64,000 nucleotides of DNA from Candidatus Latescibacterota bacterium (GCA_965198115.1 OZ240241.1:5952001-6016000); one strand, 5' to 3'; positions 6,579-18,466 are shown, numbered from the stretch's first letter. Notes: generated from the letters alone by a model not told the origin. Program-made: numbers and translations.

Positions 6579-9500
6579 ATGAGCGGAATGACACTTGACT
6601 GGAACAGTATCAGGCCCTTGGAGGGCGGACGAGACAAGGGCTTCGAAGAGCTATGCGCCCAGCTTGCCCGGGCGGAAAGGCCCTCCGGGTCTACGTTCGT
6701 GCGAAAAGGGACTCCGGACGCTGGAGTAGAGTGCTACGCAATCCTGAGTGACGGCGCCGAGTGGGCCTGGCAGTCCAAGTATATCGACGGACTCGGGGAC
6801 TCGCAGTGGTCTCAGATCGACGGAAGTATCAAGACGGCACTCGAGAAGCATCCAAAGCTGGTCCGCTATTTTGTCTGCGCGCCAGTAGATCGCGCAGATG
6901 CACGGATTGAGGGACGGAGGTCGGCGAAAGAGCGCTGGGATGACCACGTCGCGAAGTGGAGCAGGTGGGCATCCGATCGCGGAATGACGGTCGAATTCGT
7001 CTATTGGGGCAGCCATGAGCTGCTCGAACGCTTAGCCCGACCGGTCCATATCGGGCGTGTCCGATTCTGGTTCGATGTTCGAGGCTTCGATGCCCCGTGG
7101 TTTACGGCAAGGCTCGATGAGGCATTGCTGACTGCGGGTCCTCGCCACACCCCCGAGGTCCACGTTGACCTGCCCATCGCGTGGGAGTTCGAAGTGTTCG
7201 GACGCACTGATCGCTTCTTCGACCGCGAGATGGCTAGTGCCCGGAGAATCCGCAAGAAATTGAGAGCAGTCGAGTACTCGGAGGGCGCGGCCGAACCGAC
7301 TGTTGATGCTGGGTTGGCCGCCGTGTCGTCGAAGGTTCAGACGGTCCTCAACGTGATAGGCACCATCGACGTGCAGGCAATGGGTCCGCTGCCGTTCAGA
7401 GCCATCTCGGAGCAAGTCCACGCTGCAGAAGAAGCAGCCGAGGAACTTTCACGACTCCTGGGCGAACGCGAACGACGGTTGGAGGCCAAGCAAGAATCGC
7501 GGGACACGAAGGCGCGTCGGTCTTCCTACGGGAGTAACCCGTTCCGAGATCGCAGGATTCGGCTCCTACGTCTCATCTCCGAACTCGAAGCGGCGCGGAA
7601 GTCGTTCGTGCACGCGGATAAGGTTGCGGACAGCTCTTTGATGGTCCTCCGAGGCGCAGCAGGCACTGGCAAGACTCATTTGCTATGTGACGTTGCACGA
7701 CAGCGCGTCTCTGCGGGCCGACCAACGGTGTTGCTCATGGGCCAACGCTTCGTGAGCAATGATGAACCTTGGTCCCAAGCGCTTCAGCAATTGGACCTAT
7801 CCAGTCTGTCGGTAGAGGAGTTCGTCGGTGCGCTCGAAGCCGCGGCGCAGGCCGCCGGCTCACGAGCACTGTTAGTGATCGACGCGATCAATGAGGGCGC
7901 CGGACAGAACATCTGGCCAAGCCATCTCACCGCCTTTCTGGCATACTTGGAGCGCTCGCCATGGATTGGCGTGGTGCTGGCGGTCCGTTCGTCCTTCGAA
8001 GAGTTCATCCTTCCCGCAGTCGTACGCTCCCGTGCCGCCGTCGTGACGCACTCAGGATTCAGGGGGGTTGAGTACGACGCCACTAAGACTTTCTTCGTCC
8101 ACTACGATTTGGAGCTTCCATCGACCCCGCTCCTTGCGCCGGAGTTCCAGAACCCTCTGTTTCTCAAGACGTTGTGCCGGGGTCTCCATGCGAAGGGCGA
8201 GCGTCGCCTCCCTCGCGGCTTTCACGGCATCACAGCCGTGTTCGACCTGTATCTCAGTGCGGTGAATGAGCGGCTAGCGTCGAGTCTTGACTTCGATTCC
8301 CGGATGCCATTCGTACGACAGGCTGTGGGAGCTGTTTCGGAGGCAATCCTCGACTCAGGCGAGTCCTGGCTCACCTTGACGAAGGCAGGAGAAGTCGTCA
8401 ACCGCTTTCTTGCCGGTCGGGACTTTGAGCGATCTCTCTACCGGGGACTGGTCGCAGAAGGTGTCCTTCTTGAGGAAGTGGCGCGACCGCAGGACGCGAA
8501 TGCCGAGGTGGTAGTCGTCATTGCATACGAACGTTTTGCTGATCATCTCGCAGCCAGGAGCTTGCTGGGCAGTTACCTCGACGTCAACGACCCCCCCTCT
8601 GCGTTTGCGGCGACGGGAGGTCTGGCGTTCATCTGCGATGACAAGCACTACGTTTCACCCGGCCTCCTTGAGGCCCTATGCATCCAGATTCCCGAACAGA
8701 CCGGACAGGAACTCATCTTCGTCGCTCCAACTTGTGCCGATCGATGGGGACTTGGGGACGCGTTCCGGCAGAGCCTCGTCTGGCGCACATACGCAGCTTT
8801 CTCGGAGGACACGCGCCGAGCGCTGAACAAGCTGTGCCGAAGCGAGCAGGACTGGCGCGACACCCTCGACGTGCTGCTCACCGTGGCCACGTTGCCCAGA
8901 CATCCGCTCAATGCGTGGTTTCTCGATCAGCGGCTTCGAAGAGACGCGATGCCGGATCGCGATGCGTGGTGGAGCTTGTACCTCCACCACGCGTATGGTA
9001 CCCACGGTCCCGTCGACAGGCTTGTGGATTGGGCGTCCTCGCTGGATCCGAGCACGTCGATTGATGACGAGGCCGTTGACCTGTGCGCCGTCGCGCTGTC
9101 GTGGATGCTTACCACCTCGAATCGGTTTCTGCGTGACCGCGCAACGACGGCTCTCGTGAGCCTTCTTACAGATCGCCTGGCGGCTGTGGTTCGGCTCGTT
9201 GGGCGGTTCGCTGATGTTGACGATCCGTACGTGGCCGAGCGTGTCCACGCCGTGGCGTACGGGGTCGCCATGCGCTGTCACGATCCTGTCGCAGTCGGTA
9301 CTCTGGCAACGTGTGTGTACGAGAGAGTCTTCGCTTCGGGGAGTCCGCGTCCGCATATCCTCCTCAGGGACTATGCACGCGGCGTTGTCGAGCGTGCGCT
9401 GCACCTTGGGTCGAAGATTGACGTGGTCCCCGATCGCGTTCGCCCGCCCTACAAGAGCACATGGCCCACAATCCCGACCGAGGAGAACATCAAGACGCTG

Positions 9501-11204
9501 CTACCCGATTGGTCCAAGGGAGCCCATGACAGCGGTGAGCTTGAGTGGGCGCGGAACCGAATCGGCAGCTCAGTTATGGATGACGACTTCGCGCGCTATG
9601 TGATCGGCACCAACTGGTCGGGGAGCGACTGGCTGTCATTCAAACTGGAGGAACCGCAGTGGAAACCGCCGCCGCGACCCGAGGATTTGTTGTGCTCCTT
9701 GGTTGGCGAGTTCTCGTCCGATGAGCGTACGGCCTGGGAAGAGTTTGAGGCCGCTGACGAGGCGTATTCGGCGGCATTGCGGTCGGTCTCTCATGTTTGG
9801 TTTGCGCAACGTGAGAAAGATGGCACATCGCGGAGCCTTGATCTTTCGAACTCGGAGGGCCTTGCGCAGGAGTTGGAGGCGGCACGCCCTGCCGAGGTTG
9901 CGGCGTTGGAAGCGAAACGAGAGCAGGCAATCGTCGCCTTGGAGGCGGTTCTCTCTGGCGAGCATGCGCAGCGACTAGCCAAGATCTGGTCCGCGCGGGA
10001 AAACGACCACGAGTCACGTCGTCCGCCTCGGTTCGAGCTTCACGAGATCCAGCGCTACGTTCTCTGGCGGGTCTTCGACCTGGGATGGACGACCGAGCGT
10101 TTCGGGTACTTCGACTGGTTCTACAGCGGATACCACGGACGTGATGCATCGAAGGCAGAGCGGATCGGCAAGAAATACCAGTGGATCGCATACCACGAGA
10201 TCATGGCGCTAGTTTCCGATCACTACCAATACCGAGAGTGTTTTCGAGAGGAAGAGGGCGATCAGGCGTATGAAGGACCTTGGCAGGGTCGCCTTCGAGA
10301 CATCGACCCTTCGTGCACGTTGAGATCTCTACGAGGCGGAGGCTCCTGGGACGGCCATGCAGTCTCGTGGTGGGGGTCGGCTCGGTACGATGCTTGGGGA
10401 GATCCCCTCAGGCCTCTCGACTGGGTCCTGAACGCTAACGACTTGCCGAAAGTCGAGGACCTGCTCGTCGTCACCAACCCCGCGGACGACTCGCGCTGGG
10501 TGAACGGCCAAGGTTTCTTCTCTTGGAAGCAGCAACCACCGACAGATCGGGAATCGACCGACGTCGAGCGTCGTGAGCTTTGGTACAAGTGCACAGGCTA
10601 CTTGCTCCGGGCAGATGACGTGGAGTCCTTCTTGCGGTGGGCCGAGGGGACCGACTTTGCGCGTTGTTGGATGCCGGAGGCGGTCAAGGTCGACGAAATC
10701 TTCCTGGGCGAGCACGCTTGGGCAACGGCCTCTCACTACTTCCAGCACCCATATTACGGTGACGACGGCTGGACCCAGCCGGCCCACGGCTGCCCAGTGA
10801 AGGTCCGGACCGTCACGTGCGAGTATCTGCGCGAGACAAGTGGCTTCGACTGCTCCATCGAAGAGAGCTACACACTTCGTCTACCCGCCATCGACCTTGT
10901 CAACGGCCTCGGAATCTGGTGGAGCGGGCGTGGCGCCGACTTCGTGGATGGTGCGGACCGAGTCGTTGCACAGGATCCAACAGTTCATTCCGAGGGTCCG
11001 GGCGCCATGCTCCTTAGAGATGATCTACTTGGAGAGTTTCTGGCCCGCGAGAAGCTCGCGATCTGCTGGGCTGTCTTTGGTGAGAAGCGCGTGATTTCGC
11101 CGGGCTTTGGGACCGGGCCCCATCATCCCCGGCTCCGTGTGTCCGGGGCGTACGTGCTTGCAGAGGGACGCGCAGTGGGCTTCGTCAAAACCCATGATCG
11201 ATGA
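6579..11204 (+). CDS. avs2: AVAST type 2 (Avs2)-like anti-phage STAND NTPase with N-terminal nuclease domain (about 1540 aa)
   Basis: N-terminal FEELCAQL...PDAGVECY...WQSKY (PD-(D/E)xK-like); Walker A GAAGTGKT; Walker B LVIDAINE; NPLFLK, ERIGKKYQWIA and RDIDPS motifs. Confidence 0.8.
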   Translation: MSGMTLDWNSIRPLEGGRDKGFEELCAQLARAERPSGSTFVRKGTPDAGVECYAILSDGAEWAWQSKYIDGLGDSQWSQIDGSIKTALEKHPKLVRYFVCAPVDRADARIEGRRSAKERWDDHVAKWSRWASDRGMTVEFVYWGSHELLERLARPVHIGRVRFWFDVRGFDAPWFTARLDEALLTAGPRHTPEVHVDLPIAWEFEVFGRTDRFFDREMASARRIRKKLRAVEYSEGAAEPTVDAGLAAVSSKVQTVLNVIGTIDVQAMGPLPFRAISEQVHAAEEAAEELSRLLGERERRLEAKQESRDTKARRSSYGSNPFRDRRIRLLRLISELEAARKSFVHADKVADSSLMVLRGAAGTGKTHLLCDVARQRVSAGRPTVLLMGQRFVSNDEPWSQALQQLDLSSLSVEEFVGALEAAAQAAGSRALLVIDAINEGAGQNIWPSHLTAFLAYLERSPWIGVVLAVRSSFEEFILPAVVRSRAAVVTHSGFRGVEYDATKTFFVHYDLELPSTPLLAPEFQNPLFLKTLCRGLHAKGERRLPRGFHGITAVFDLYLSAVNERLASSLDFDSRMPFVRQAVGAVSEAILDSGESWLTLTKAGEVVNRFLAGRDFERSLYRGLVAEGVLLEEVARPQDANAEVVVVIAYERFADHLAARSLLGSYLDVNDPPSAFAATGGLAFICDDKHYVSPGLLEALCIQIPEQTGQELIFVAPTCADRWGLGDAFRQSLVWRTYAAFSEDTRRALNKLCRSEQDWRDTLDVLLTVATLPRHPLNAWFLDQRLRRDAMPDRDAWWSLYLHHAYGTHGPVDRLVDWASSLDPSTSIDDEAVDLCAVALSWMLTTSNRFLRDRATTALVSLLTDRLAAVVRLVGRFADVDDPYVAERVHAVAYGVAMRCHDPVAVGTLATCVYERVFASGSPRPHILLRDYARGVVERALHLGSKIDVVPDRVRPPYKSTWPTIPTEENIKTLLPDWSKGAHDSGELEWARNRIGSSVMDDDFARYVIGTNWSGSDWLSFKLEEPQWKPPPRPEDLLCSLVGEFSSDERTAWEEFEAADEAYSAALRSVSHVWFAQREKDGTSRSLDLSNSEGLAQELEAARPAEVAALEAKREQAIVALEAVLSGEHAQRLAKIWSARENDHESRRPPRFELHEIQRYVLWRVFDLGWTTERFGYFDWFYSGYHGRDASKAERIGKKYQWIAYHEIMALVSDHYQYRECFREEEGDQAYEGPWQGRLRDIDPSCTLRSLRGGGSWDGHAVSWWGSARYDAWGDPLRPLDWVLNANDLPKVEDLLVVTNPADDSRWVNGQGFFSWKQQPPTDRESTDVERRELWYKCTGYLLRADDVESFLRWAEGTDFARCWMPEAVKVDEIFLGEHAWATASHYFQHPYYGDDGWTQPAHGCPVKVRTVTCEYLRETSGFDCSIEESYTLRLPAIDLVNGLGIWWSGRGADFVDGADRVVAQDPTVHSEGPGAMLLRDDLLGEFLAREKLAICWAVFGEKRVISPGFGTGPHHPRLRVSGAYVLAEGRAVGFVKTHDR

Positions 11205-11214
11205 TCCCAACGGT

Positions 11215-11340
11215 GAGGCACTGGCCCTAGCCGATTTCCTGGCCGAGGTGACGTCCGTGCCCGCGTCTTCTCCCGTGGTCTTTGACGATCCGATCACGAG
11301 CATGGACTATCGCCGAATCCACGAAGTCTGCGACCGCGGC
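11215..11340 (+). pseudogene. ABC/SMC-type ATPase fragment (Walker B region)
   Basis: ALALADFLAEV...PVVFDDPITSMDYRR. Confidence 0.6.
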
Positions 11341-11544
11341 CAGGGCTGGTCAGTGCACCCTCCTGATCCGGTCGACCGTGGCCGATGCGATCGAGACGTG
11401 GCGGCGGCTGGCAGCGCGAGGGAAAGGGATACCGCACCCTTTCCGTCAGCGAATGTGACTTGCCCCTCGTGCTGCGAAGCGTACCTAAGCTGGTTGATCC
11501 AACCGGTCATGTATCTGAACCGGTACAAGGTTACCGGACGGAGC

Positions 11545-11830
11545 CTATTCCACCCAAGCGCCAATAATCTGCAAGCAAAAGCCTAGAACCAGAAGTCCAA
11601 GCCCTTTCTTGGCGCTCTTGGACTGAAGGAAAAAATGGGAAATCAGCGGTACTTTGAGGAACTCATCATCATCAGAATCATCGTTAGGCATCCAGTATGT
11701 GCTGCCTAACCGAATTGCTTCTTTTTTGGACAAAGAGGCCGCAGGCCAATACCACGGCTCCTAAGATGTCAAATATTAATCCAATAGTCGAAACTACACG
11801 ACTGTCTATCAGAAGGCAGTGCCAGTCCAT
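11545..11830 (-). CDS. Small two-TM membrane protein with one frameshift near 11730
   Basis: MDWHCLL...TIGLIFDILGAVVLACGLFV / SKKEAIRLG...GLGLLVLGFCLQIIG. Confidence 0.55.
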
Positions 11831-11867
11831 GGGCTTTTCCCTCTCTTGCTTCGGGTTGTCTGAGAGC

Positions 11868-12280
11868 ATGACGCGGCGGCTTGATTCCCATTGCTGAAGC
11901 CTTCTCTGATCTGAGCGGCGGGCCGGTGGCGGCGCTCCGCGCGCCACCACTTCACCCAGGCCGACCAGGTGAACCAGCTTGTCGGGGCCAGCGAAGCGGA
12001 CCCCGATCTCGGCTTCATGGCGCGGACGATGGCGCTGTGCTCCCTGCCCCGCACTAACCCCGGCAACCGCCACCAGTACAAGCGCGTCAACGGTCCCTAC
12101 AAGCTCATCAATGTCGGTCACCGGGGATCACAAGCTCCCCTTCGGCAATCTGCCGCGCTTGATTCTGGCCTGGGTCTCGACCGAAGCGGTGTGGACCTAA
12201 AGCCGCGAGCTGGTGCTAGGGAAAGTCGTTTTCCGAGTTCATGCGGACCCTGGGGGTCTACAGCAGCGGGGGCCGGGATC
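11868..12280 (+). pseudogene. repA: RepA remnant, copy 2
   Basis: HHFTQADQVNQLVGASEADPDLGFMARTMALCSLPRTNPGNRHQYKRVNGPYKL / KLPFGNLPRLILAWVSTEAV. Confidence 0.75.
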
Positions 12281-12487
12281 GTGTTCATGGGACTTCGACC
12301 CCGAACGGCCGTCGGTCGAGTTGCCGGTATCGCCGAGCAAGATTGAAGCCGATGAGCGGTCCGCGCCCGGTCCAATGATCCTGCTTGAAGGGGGCTTGCT
12401 TGGCCCATCGAGACACGCTCGCCCGAATCTCCTATAATCAGGCGACAAGTCTGAAAGGTAGACTGCTCCCGGCTCGAATGAGCGGTC

Positions 12488-12575
12488 GTGAGGAAGTCGG
12501 AGTTCAGCGGAGCCAAATGGTCGGAATTCTCAAAGAAGCCGAAGCGGGCGTCCCGATTCCCGATCTGCGTCGCCC
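12488..12575 (+). pseudogene. IS3-family orfA N-terminal remnant
   Basis: MRKSEFS..QMVGILKEAEAGVPIPDLRR. Confidence 0.65.
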
Positions 12576-12585
12576 GAGTCGAGAG

Positions 12586-13344
12586 CCGTGAGGTTGCTGA
12601 CGATGAAGAGCTGGACGAAGCACAGAAGACAGGCCACGTCGATAGCCGCCCAAGCACGACCGGGAAGGCAGAATGATGGATCAAGCCATCCACAACAATA
12701 TCGTCTCCTTCATCCGTGGCATCGAAGCCAACCTCGGGTCGCGTTCGCATTTATCACCGGACAGTCGGACGCTTTCAGCAGACGCCAAAAGGAGTGAGTC
12801 CCCGCGATGGCGATGATCACACCCGAACGCGATCTTGAAGAGTCCCTTGTCACGAAGCTACGGGACCTCAAGTACGAATACCGCCCCGACATCCGCGATC
12901 GAGCCAAGCTTGAAGCGAACTTCAGGGAGAAGTTCGAGGCACTCAACCGCGTCAACCTCACCGGCGGAGAGTTCCAGCGACTCCTCGACGAGATCGTCAC
13001 ACCAGATGTGTACGAAGCCGCACGCTCCCTCCGGAACCGGGAAGCGTTCATCCGTGACGACGGCACGCCGCTCAATTACACCCTCGTCGACATCAAGGAC
13101 TGGTGCAAGAACACCTTCGAGGTCGTTAATCAGCTCCGCATCAATACGGACAACAGCCATCATCGCTACGACGTCATATTCCTGATCAACGGCGTACCCG
13201 TTGTCCAGATCGAGCTCAAGACGCTTGGGATCAGCCCCCGTAGGGCGATGGAGCAGATCGTCGACTACAAGAACGACCCCGGTAACGGATACGCCAAGAC
13301 GCTTCTGTGCTTCGTCCAGCTCTTCATCGTCAGCAACCTCACGG
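12586..13344. repeat. 43-bp perfect inverted repeat pair (12586-12628 and 13302-13344, the latter inside hsdR)
   Basis: CCGTGAGGTTGCTGACGATGAAGAGCTGGACGAAGCACAGAAG is the exact reverse complement of 13302-13344. Confidence 0.9.
12673..12726 (+). pseudogene. HsdM-like N-terminal scrap
   Basis: MMDQAIHNNIVSFIRGI resembles the start of type I M subunits. Confidence 0.4.
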
Positions 13345-15662
13345 ACACGTGGTACTTCGCCAACAACAACGCGCGGCATTTCGCCTTCGACGCTGACGAG
13401 CGGTTCCTTCCCATCTACCAGTTCGCGGCCGAGGACAACACGAAGATCACCCACCTCGACGACTTCGCCGATCGGTTCCTGGCCAAGTGCACACTCGGCC
13501 AGATGCTCAGCAAGTATATGGTCCTCATCGCGAGCGAGCAGAAGCTCCTGATGATGCGCCCGTACCAGATCTACGCCGTCAAGGCCATCGTCGACTGCAT
13601 CGACCAGAACTGCGGCAACGGCTACATCTGGCACACGACCGGCTCGGGCAAGACGCTCACCTCTTTCAAAACCTCGACACTCCTCAAGACCAACGAGAGC
13701 ATCCACAAGTGTCTGTTCGTCGTCGACCGCAAGGACCTCGACCGCCAGACCCGCGAGGAGTTCAACCGATTCCAAGAGAACTGCGTCGAGGAAAACACCA
13801 ACACCGCAGCGCTTGTCTGCCGCCTCCAGTCCGACGACTACGCGGACAAGGTCATCGTCACGACCATCCAGAAGCTCGGGCTCGCCCTCGACGAGAACAG
13901 CAAGCACAACAAGCAAAACCTCGCTCAGGGGCGGTCAACGTTCAAGCAGCGGCTCGGGCAGCTCCGCGACAAGCGGATGGTCTTCATCTTCGACGAGTGC
14001 CACCGCTCGCAGTTCGGCGAGAACCACAAGGCCATCAAGGAGTTCTTCCCGAACTCCCAGCTCTTCGGCTTCACTGGCACCCCGATCTTTAAGGACAACG
14101 CGACCGTCAAGCAGATCGAGGGAGACATCGCCACCCTTCGAACCACCAAGGACCTCTTCCAGAAGGAGCTCCACGCCTACACCATCACCCACGCGATCGA
14201 GGATCGGAACGTCCTCCGCTTCCACGTCGACTACTACAAGCCAAAGGACGCCCCCGCCCTCAAGCCCGGTGAGACCCTCGCCAAGCAGGCGGTCGCTCAG
14301 GCCATCCTCGACAAGCACGATGCCGCGACCGGAGACCGACGCTTCAACGCGCTGCTGGCCACCGCCTCGATCAACGACGCCATCGAGTATTACAAGGTCT
14401 TCAAGCAGCTTCAGACCCAACGCCCGGCCGACGACCCCGAGTTCGTCCCCCTCAAGGTCGCCGCCGTCTTCTCGCCGCCAGCGGAGGGCAACAAGGACGT
14501 CCAGCAGATCCAGGAGGACCTCCCCCAGGAGAAGGAGGACAACCAGCACGACCCCGAGGGCAAGAAGACCGCGCTCAGGGCCATCATCACCGACTACAAC
14601 CAGCAGTACGGCACGAACCACGACATCAACAACTTCGACCTCTACTACCAAGACATCCAGCAGCGCATCAAGGACCAGCAGTTCCCCAACCGCGACCTGC
14701 CCCGGAAGGGCGAGGAGAAGGTCGACATTACCATCGTCGTCGACATGCTCCTCACCGGCTTCGACGCCGTGTACCTCAACACGCTCTACGTCGATAAGAA
14801 CCTCAAGCACCACGGCTTGATCCAGGCCTTCTCCCGCACCAACCGCGTCCTCAACGCGACCAAACCCTACGGCCACATCCTCGACTTCCGCCAGCAGCAA
14901 GACAGCGTCGACGCCGCTATCGCTCTCTTCTCCGGTGCGCAGGCTGACCGGGCCCGCGAGATCTGGCTGGTCGAAAAAGCTCCCGTCGTCATCGACAACT
15001 TCGAGCAGGCCGTTGCCGACCTTGGCGAGTTCATGCAGTCGCAGGGCCTCGAAGCCAAGCCCGATCAGGTGAACAACATGATGGGCGACGACGCCCGTGC
15101 CCAGTTCATCAAGCGATTCAAGGAGGTCCAGTGCCTCCAGACCCAACTCGACCAGTACACCGACCTCACCGACGAGCAGCGCGAGCAGATTGAGCAGGTC
15201 CTCCCCGAGCACGACCTCCGCGCCTTCCGCGGCACCTACCTCGAAACGGCCCAGCGCCTGAAAGAGCAGCAGGGCACGCCCGGCGGGGACGGCGAGCCGG
15301 CCAACCTCGAGATCACGGATAGCAGATCGCCCGAGCACCTCAGCTCCGAATGTCTGGTTCATCTCTTTCGAGACGCACACCGGAAGGGGGACGATCGCCG
15401 TACGAGCGCAATATTGCCGGTCCTGCTCGGTCGCTGCGAGGCGATCCTCAAGACGAAGATCCTAGATTCGGAGCGCGGTGCCAGTGAAATGCGGGAAGAG
15501 GTGTTGTCCAGATTCGGCGAGGTGCTCGCCAGCGACGGCCGACCGAGCTCGACATGTATGAGTGCAGATTCAATCGAGCCTTTCACGCCCTACGCTTCGA
15601 TGTTGTGGATCGCGAACGTAGACGCCTCTAGGGCGCACTGTGGAAGTACCACGTGGGGATGA
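12807..15662 (+). pseudogene. hsdR: Type I restriction enzyme R subunit, truncated near 15312 and fused to an unrelated fragment
   Basis: DVIFLINGVPVVQIELK nuclease motif; HTTGSGKT; DECHRSQ; FTGTP; MLLTGFD; QAFSRTNR; abrupt change in codon style after ANLEI. Confidence 0.9.
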
Positions 15663-15800
15663 CGGGGACGAGCGCTTACTCTCCGAAGAAGAGGGGCTCG
15701 CGCTCTTGTCTGAGGCAGGCCGAACACCTGCGACACAGGAGAGGTGTACGGCCCCCGCGACACATGTCGTATCTTGGGAAGGCTCCGGCAGCGAGCGGAG

Positions 15801-15880
15801 ATGCCCTCCAAGCAGACCGGCTACGAGGCGGGCGAGTACAAGCATGTCGTGCGGGGCCTCATCTTCCTCAAGTTCATCAT
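15801..15880 (+). pseudogene. HsdM N-terminal remnant with internal deletion
   Basis: TGYEA/GEYKHVVRGLIFLKFI matches the HsdM motif EYKHVVLGLIFLKYI. Confidence 0.6.
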
Positions 15881-16153
15881 GTCGCGGCGACCATCTGTCA
15901 GAGATTCACCCCGCAGTCCAAGCATGAATGCCAGGACCAATGACGCTGTCTGTAGATGTCGATTCAACGAGGGATGCAGGATCAAGACGCCCGGAGCCCA
16001 TCGAGTAGTTCAACTCCGGCCAGGAGCCAGGCGCTCATACCCTCGCCTCCGACACAACGCCACTTCACCCGCGCCCCGTCCACCCATCACACCCGGAAAA
16101 CCCACCCACCCCGCATGATCCACCGGAAATTCCAATTGTCGCTGACCGCGCAT

Positions 16154-16430
16154 TGACTCAGGGTTTCTGCTACCCCTGAGGGGTCGTTTCCTCACATTCT
16201 GCTACCCCCTTTGTCTTTCGCGGGAGCAGAAATGGCGAGGAGCATCAGCATGGCGACCAAACGGGAGCTCGTGGTGGAAGTTGGACGCCGATATCGGGTG
16301 GCTTCAAGCGGCGAGAAGCGCAGGATTTTGGATGAGTTCGTGGCCCTGACGGGCTACCATCGCAAACACGCCCTGAGGCTTCTCAACGGTGGTGAAACGT
16401 GCTACCGCCGCTCGGGCCGTCCTCGCTCTC
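16154..16430 (+). mobile_element. Truncated DDE (ISNCY-like) transposase 5' end with terminal repeats
   Basis: ATG 16232: MARSISMATKRELV...RYRVASSGEKRRILDEFVALTGYHRKHALRLL; TTCTGCTACCCC repeated at 16164 and 16197. Confidence 0.7.
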
Positions 16431-16550
16431 GGACGGTCGGGATTCGGTCCGGGGAGGTCGCGGCGTTCGCGTACTCGATCCGCGCCACCGCACGGATAAT
16501 TTCTTCTTCCGTCCGGGCCGTCTCCCGCGCTTGAATCATCTCCTAGCGGG

Positions 16551-17375
16551 TCATGGAATCGGTTCCCATTCCTCCTGCTCGTATTCCGTGGCCGCATCGG
16601 TCGGGCTCATGCTGAGCCACTGGGGATAACCGCCGAGCCACAGCACCGCTCCGGCCAGTCCGTAGGACGCCTTCTCGTTCCGCAGCCGGACGGCCGATCG
16701 CGTGGAATCTGGGATCGGGACCGCCCGCAGCTCCCACAGCGCCCGAACGGAATTGCGCCAGTCGGTCGAGCCGGAATAGATCGCCGCCTCGCCCTCGCTC
16801 GCCTTCGATGGGTGCGAGATCAGCAGGACCGCGCAACGGGCCGAACACGCCCAGGCATCCAGCGCCGACACGAACGCCCGGACCTCGGAACGCGAATTTT
16901 CGTTTCCGCCGAACGCCGCCGCCGAATCGATCACCAGCAGCCGCGCGTCCCGTCCTCCGGTGTACTCCATCACCCATTTGGCGCTGCCCGTCCACGCCGC
17001 CGGCGCTCCCGGGGACTTAGACGCCCACAGGGGGCCGCCTCCGGACAGGTCCAGGGCCACCAGCCGGTCATCGGGATCGGGGGCCGGGGAGTATCCCGCC
17101 ATCCGACGGGCGAGTTCGTCGGGCTCGTCTTCCCAGGACGCTATGACCGCGACCGCGCCGCCCGCCCGGCAACGTCAGCGGGGGGCCGCTCTTCAGCCAT
17201 ACCGAACACCGGACGCGACCGCCACGGCAAGTTGCAGCGCCAGGCGCGATTTTCCGACCGCGCCCGGTCCCGACAGCAGGCACACGCGAGACGCCGGCAG
17301 CCATTCCGGAATCAGCCACTCGCGGGCCGGGGCCGTCCAGTCGGTCCGGATCGCGCGGGGGGATAATTCGATCAA
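16551..17375 (-). pseudogene. AAA_25 / RSF1010 RepA-like helicase, disrupted
   Basis: REWLIPEWLP, Walker A GPGAVGKS, SWEDEPDE, LLVIDS, LISHPSK, YSGSTDWRNSVR; two in-frame stops near 17175-17195. Confidence 0.8.
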
Positions 17376-17430
17376 AAAAACTCCTCAATGTAGTGGGTCA
17401 AGTTTGAATTCCCAGGGGGACGATGATCGG

Positions 17431-17622
17431 TCACTTCGCGGTGTCATCTAATTTTGCGTCAGCCTTTTCTTCCACGACGGACAACACGACATCCTTCGGA
17501 ACCTGTGCCACGATGACTTTTTTATTGAAGAACGCGTAGGACTTACCGCTGTCCCCCATCATCTTTGCCTCGATCAACTGGTCTTCCTTGTCGGCCCTGA
17601 ATTTGACGCGATACGTCGGCAT
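17431..17622 (-). CDS. Small hypothetical protein (63 aa)
   Basis: GAGGA RBS; MPTYRVKFRADKEDQLIEAK...VAQVPKDVVLSVVE. Confidence 0.55.
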   Translation of the reverse strand: MPTYRVKFRADKEDQLIEAKMMGDSGKSYAFFNKKVIVAQVPKDVVLSVVEEKADAKLDDTAK

Positions 17623-18466
17623 TTTTGTCTTTCCTCGGTGTTGGAAATTAGCAACCCATTGTGGAGCATCGGTCATTTACCAGCCTCACCCGTGACTCTC
17701 CCAATCTGGACGGACCAGGATGGGGCCTCCACATCGTCCGCGCTCATTGCGCCTTCGTCCGGGCGTCCGGGCGCGGCGCTCCCTCGCCCGCAGCCGATCC
17801 TTGACCAGCGGCAAGTTCTTGCAGTCCCACAGCTCGTTACCTCGAATCAGGAAGCCGGTGCCAGCACGATCAACGGCAAAAATCGCAGTCGTACCGTCGG
17901 GCCGCCAGTCCGTTTACGAAGGGGATCGGAATTAATTGTTGACAGCACCGATATCGAACACCTCGTGGCGCGATCCGAACTGGCGGCACACTTAACACCC
18001 GCTGCACCCAGCCGCCGGCAAGGCCGTCAAGGCGCTGGCCGACTATGCGCGGGAGTACTGGGATCGGAACCGCCAGGAGCAGCTCGCGCAGGAGCGTGAC
18101 GGTCTCGGGAGAACCCGCTGATGGGGAATGCCTTGGATCGCGCGCGGGCGGCGCAAGCGGAGAACGAGGCACTGAAGGTGAGCGCCCAGGAGACGACTGC
18201 TGCGCTGCAGGAGACGACAGCCGAGCTACAGGACCTGAAGGGGGAGCTAAAGTGGCTTCAGCTTCACACCAAACGCGAGCATGAGCTGGCGCGGGACCCC
18301 AAGCGGTTTCGGCGGGAGCTGATCATGTGTGCGGTCGTGGCCGTCGGCGCGACCTCCTCACGCTCGTGACCACGCTCGTTCTGGGCAACATCCTCCGAGA
18401 GATGGCCATCGAGATGTTCGACACCCTCCGCGTCTGGTGGACCGGGTGAGCGGCTCAAGAAATCGG

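Noticed and set aside
6104-6598. Functional Dnd phosphorothioation system
   Set aside because: Only an internal desulfurase fragment is present, with no dndBCDE genes.
12858-15380. Long minus-strand ORFs of 352 and 481 aa
   Set aside because: Antisense shadows of the strongly codon-biased hsdR; no recognisable motifs.
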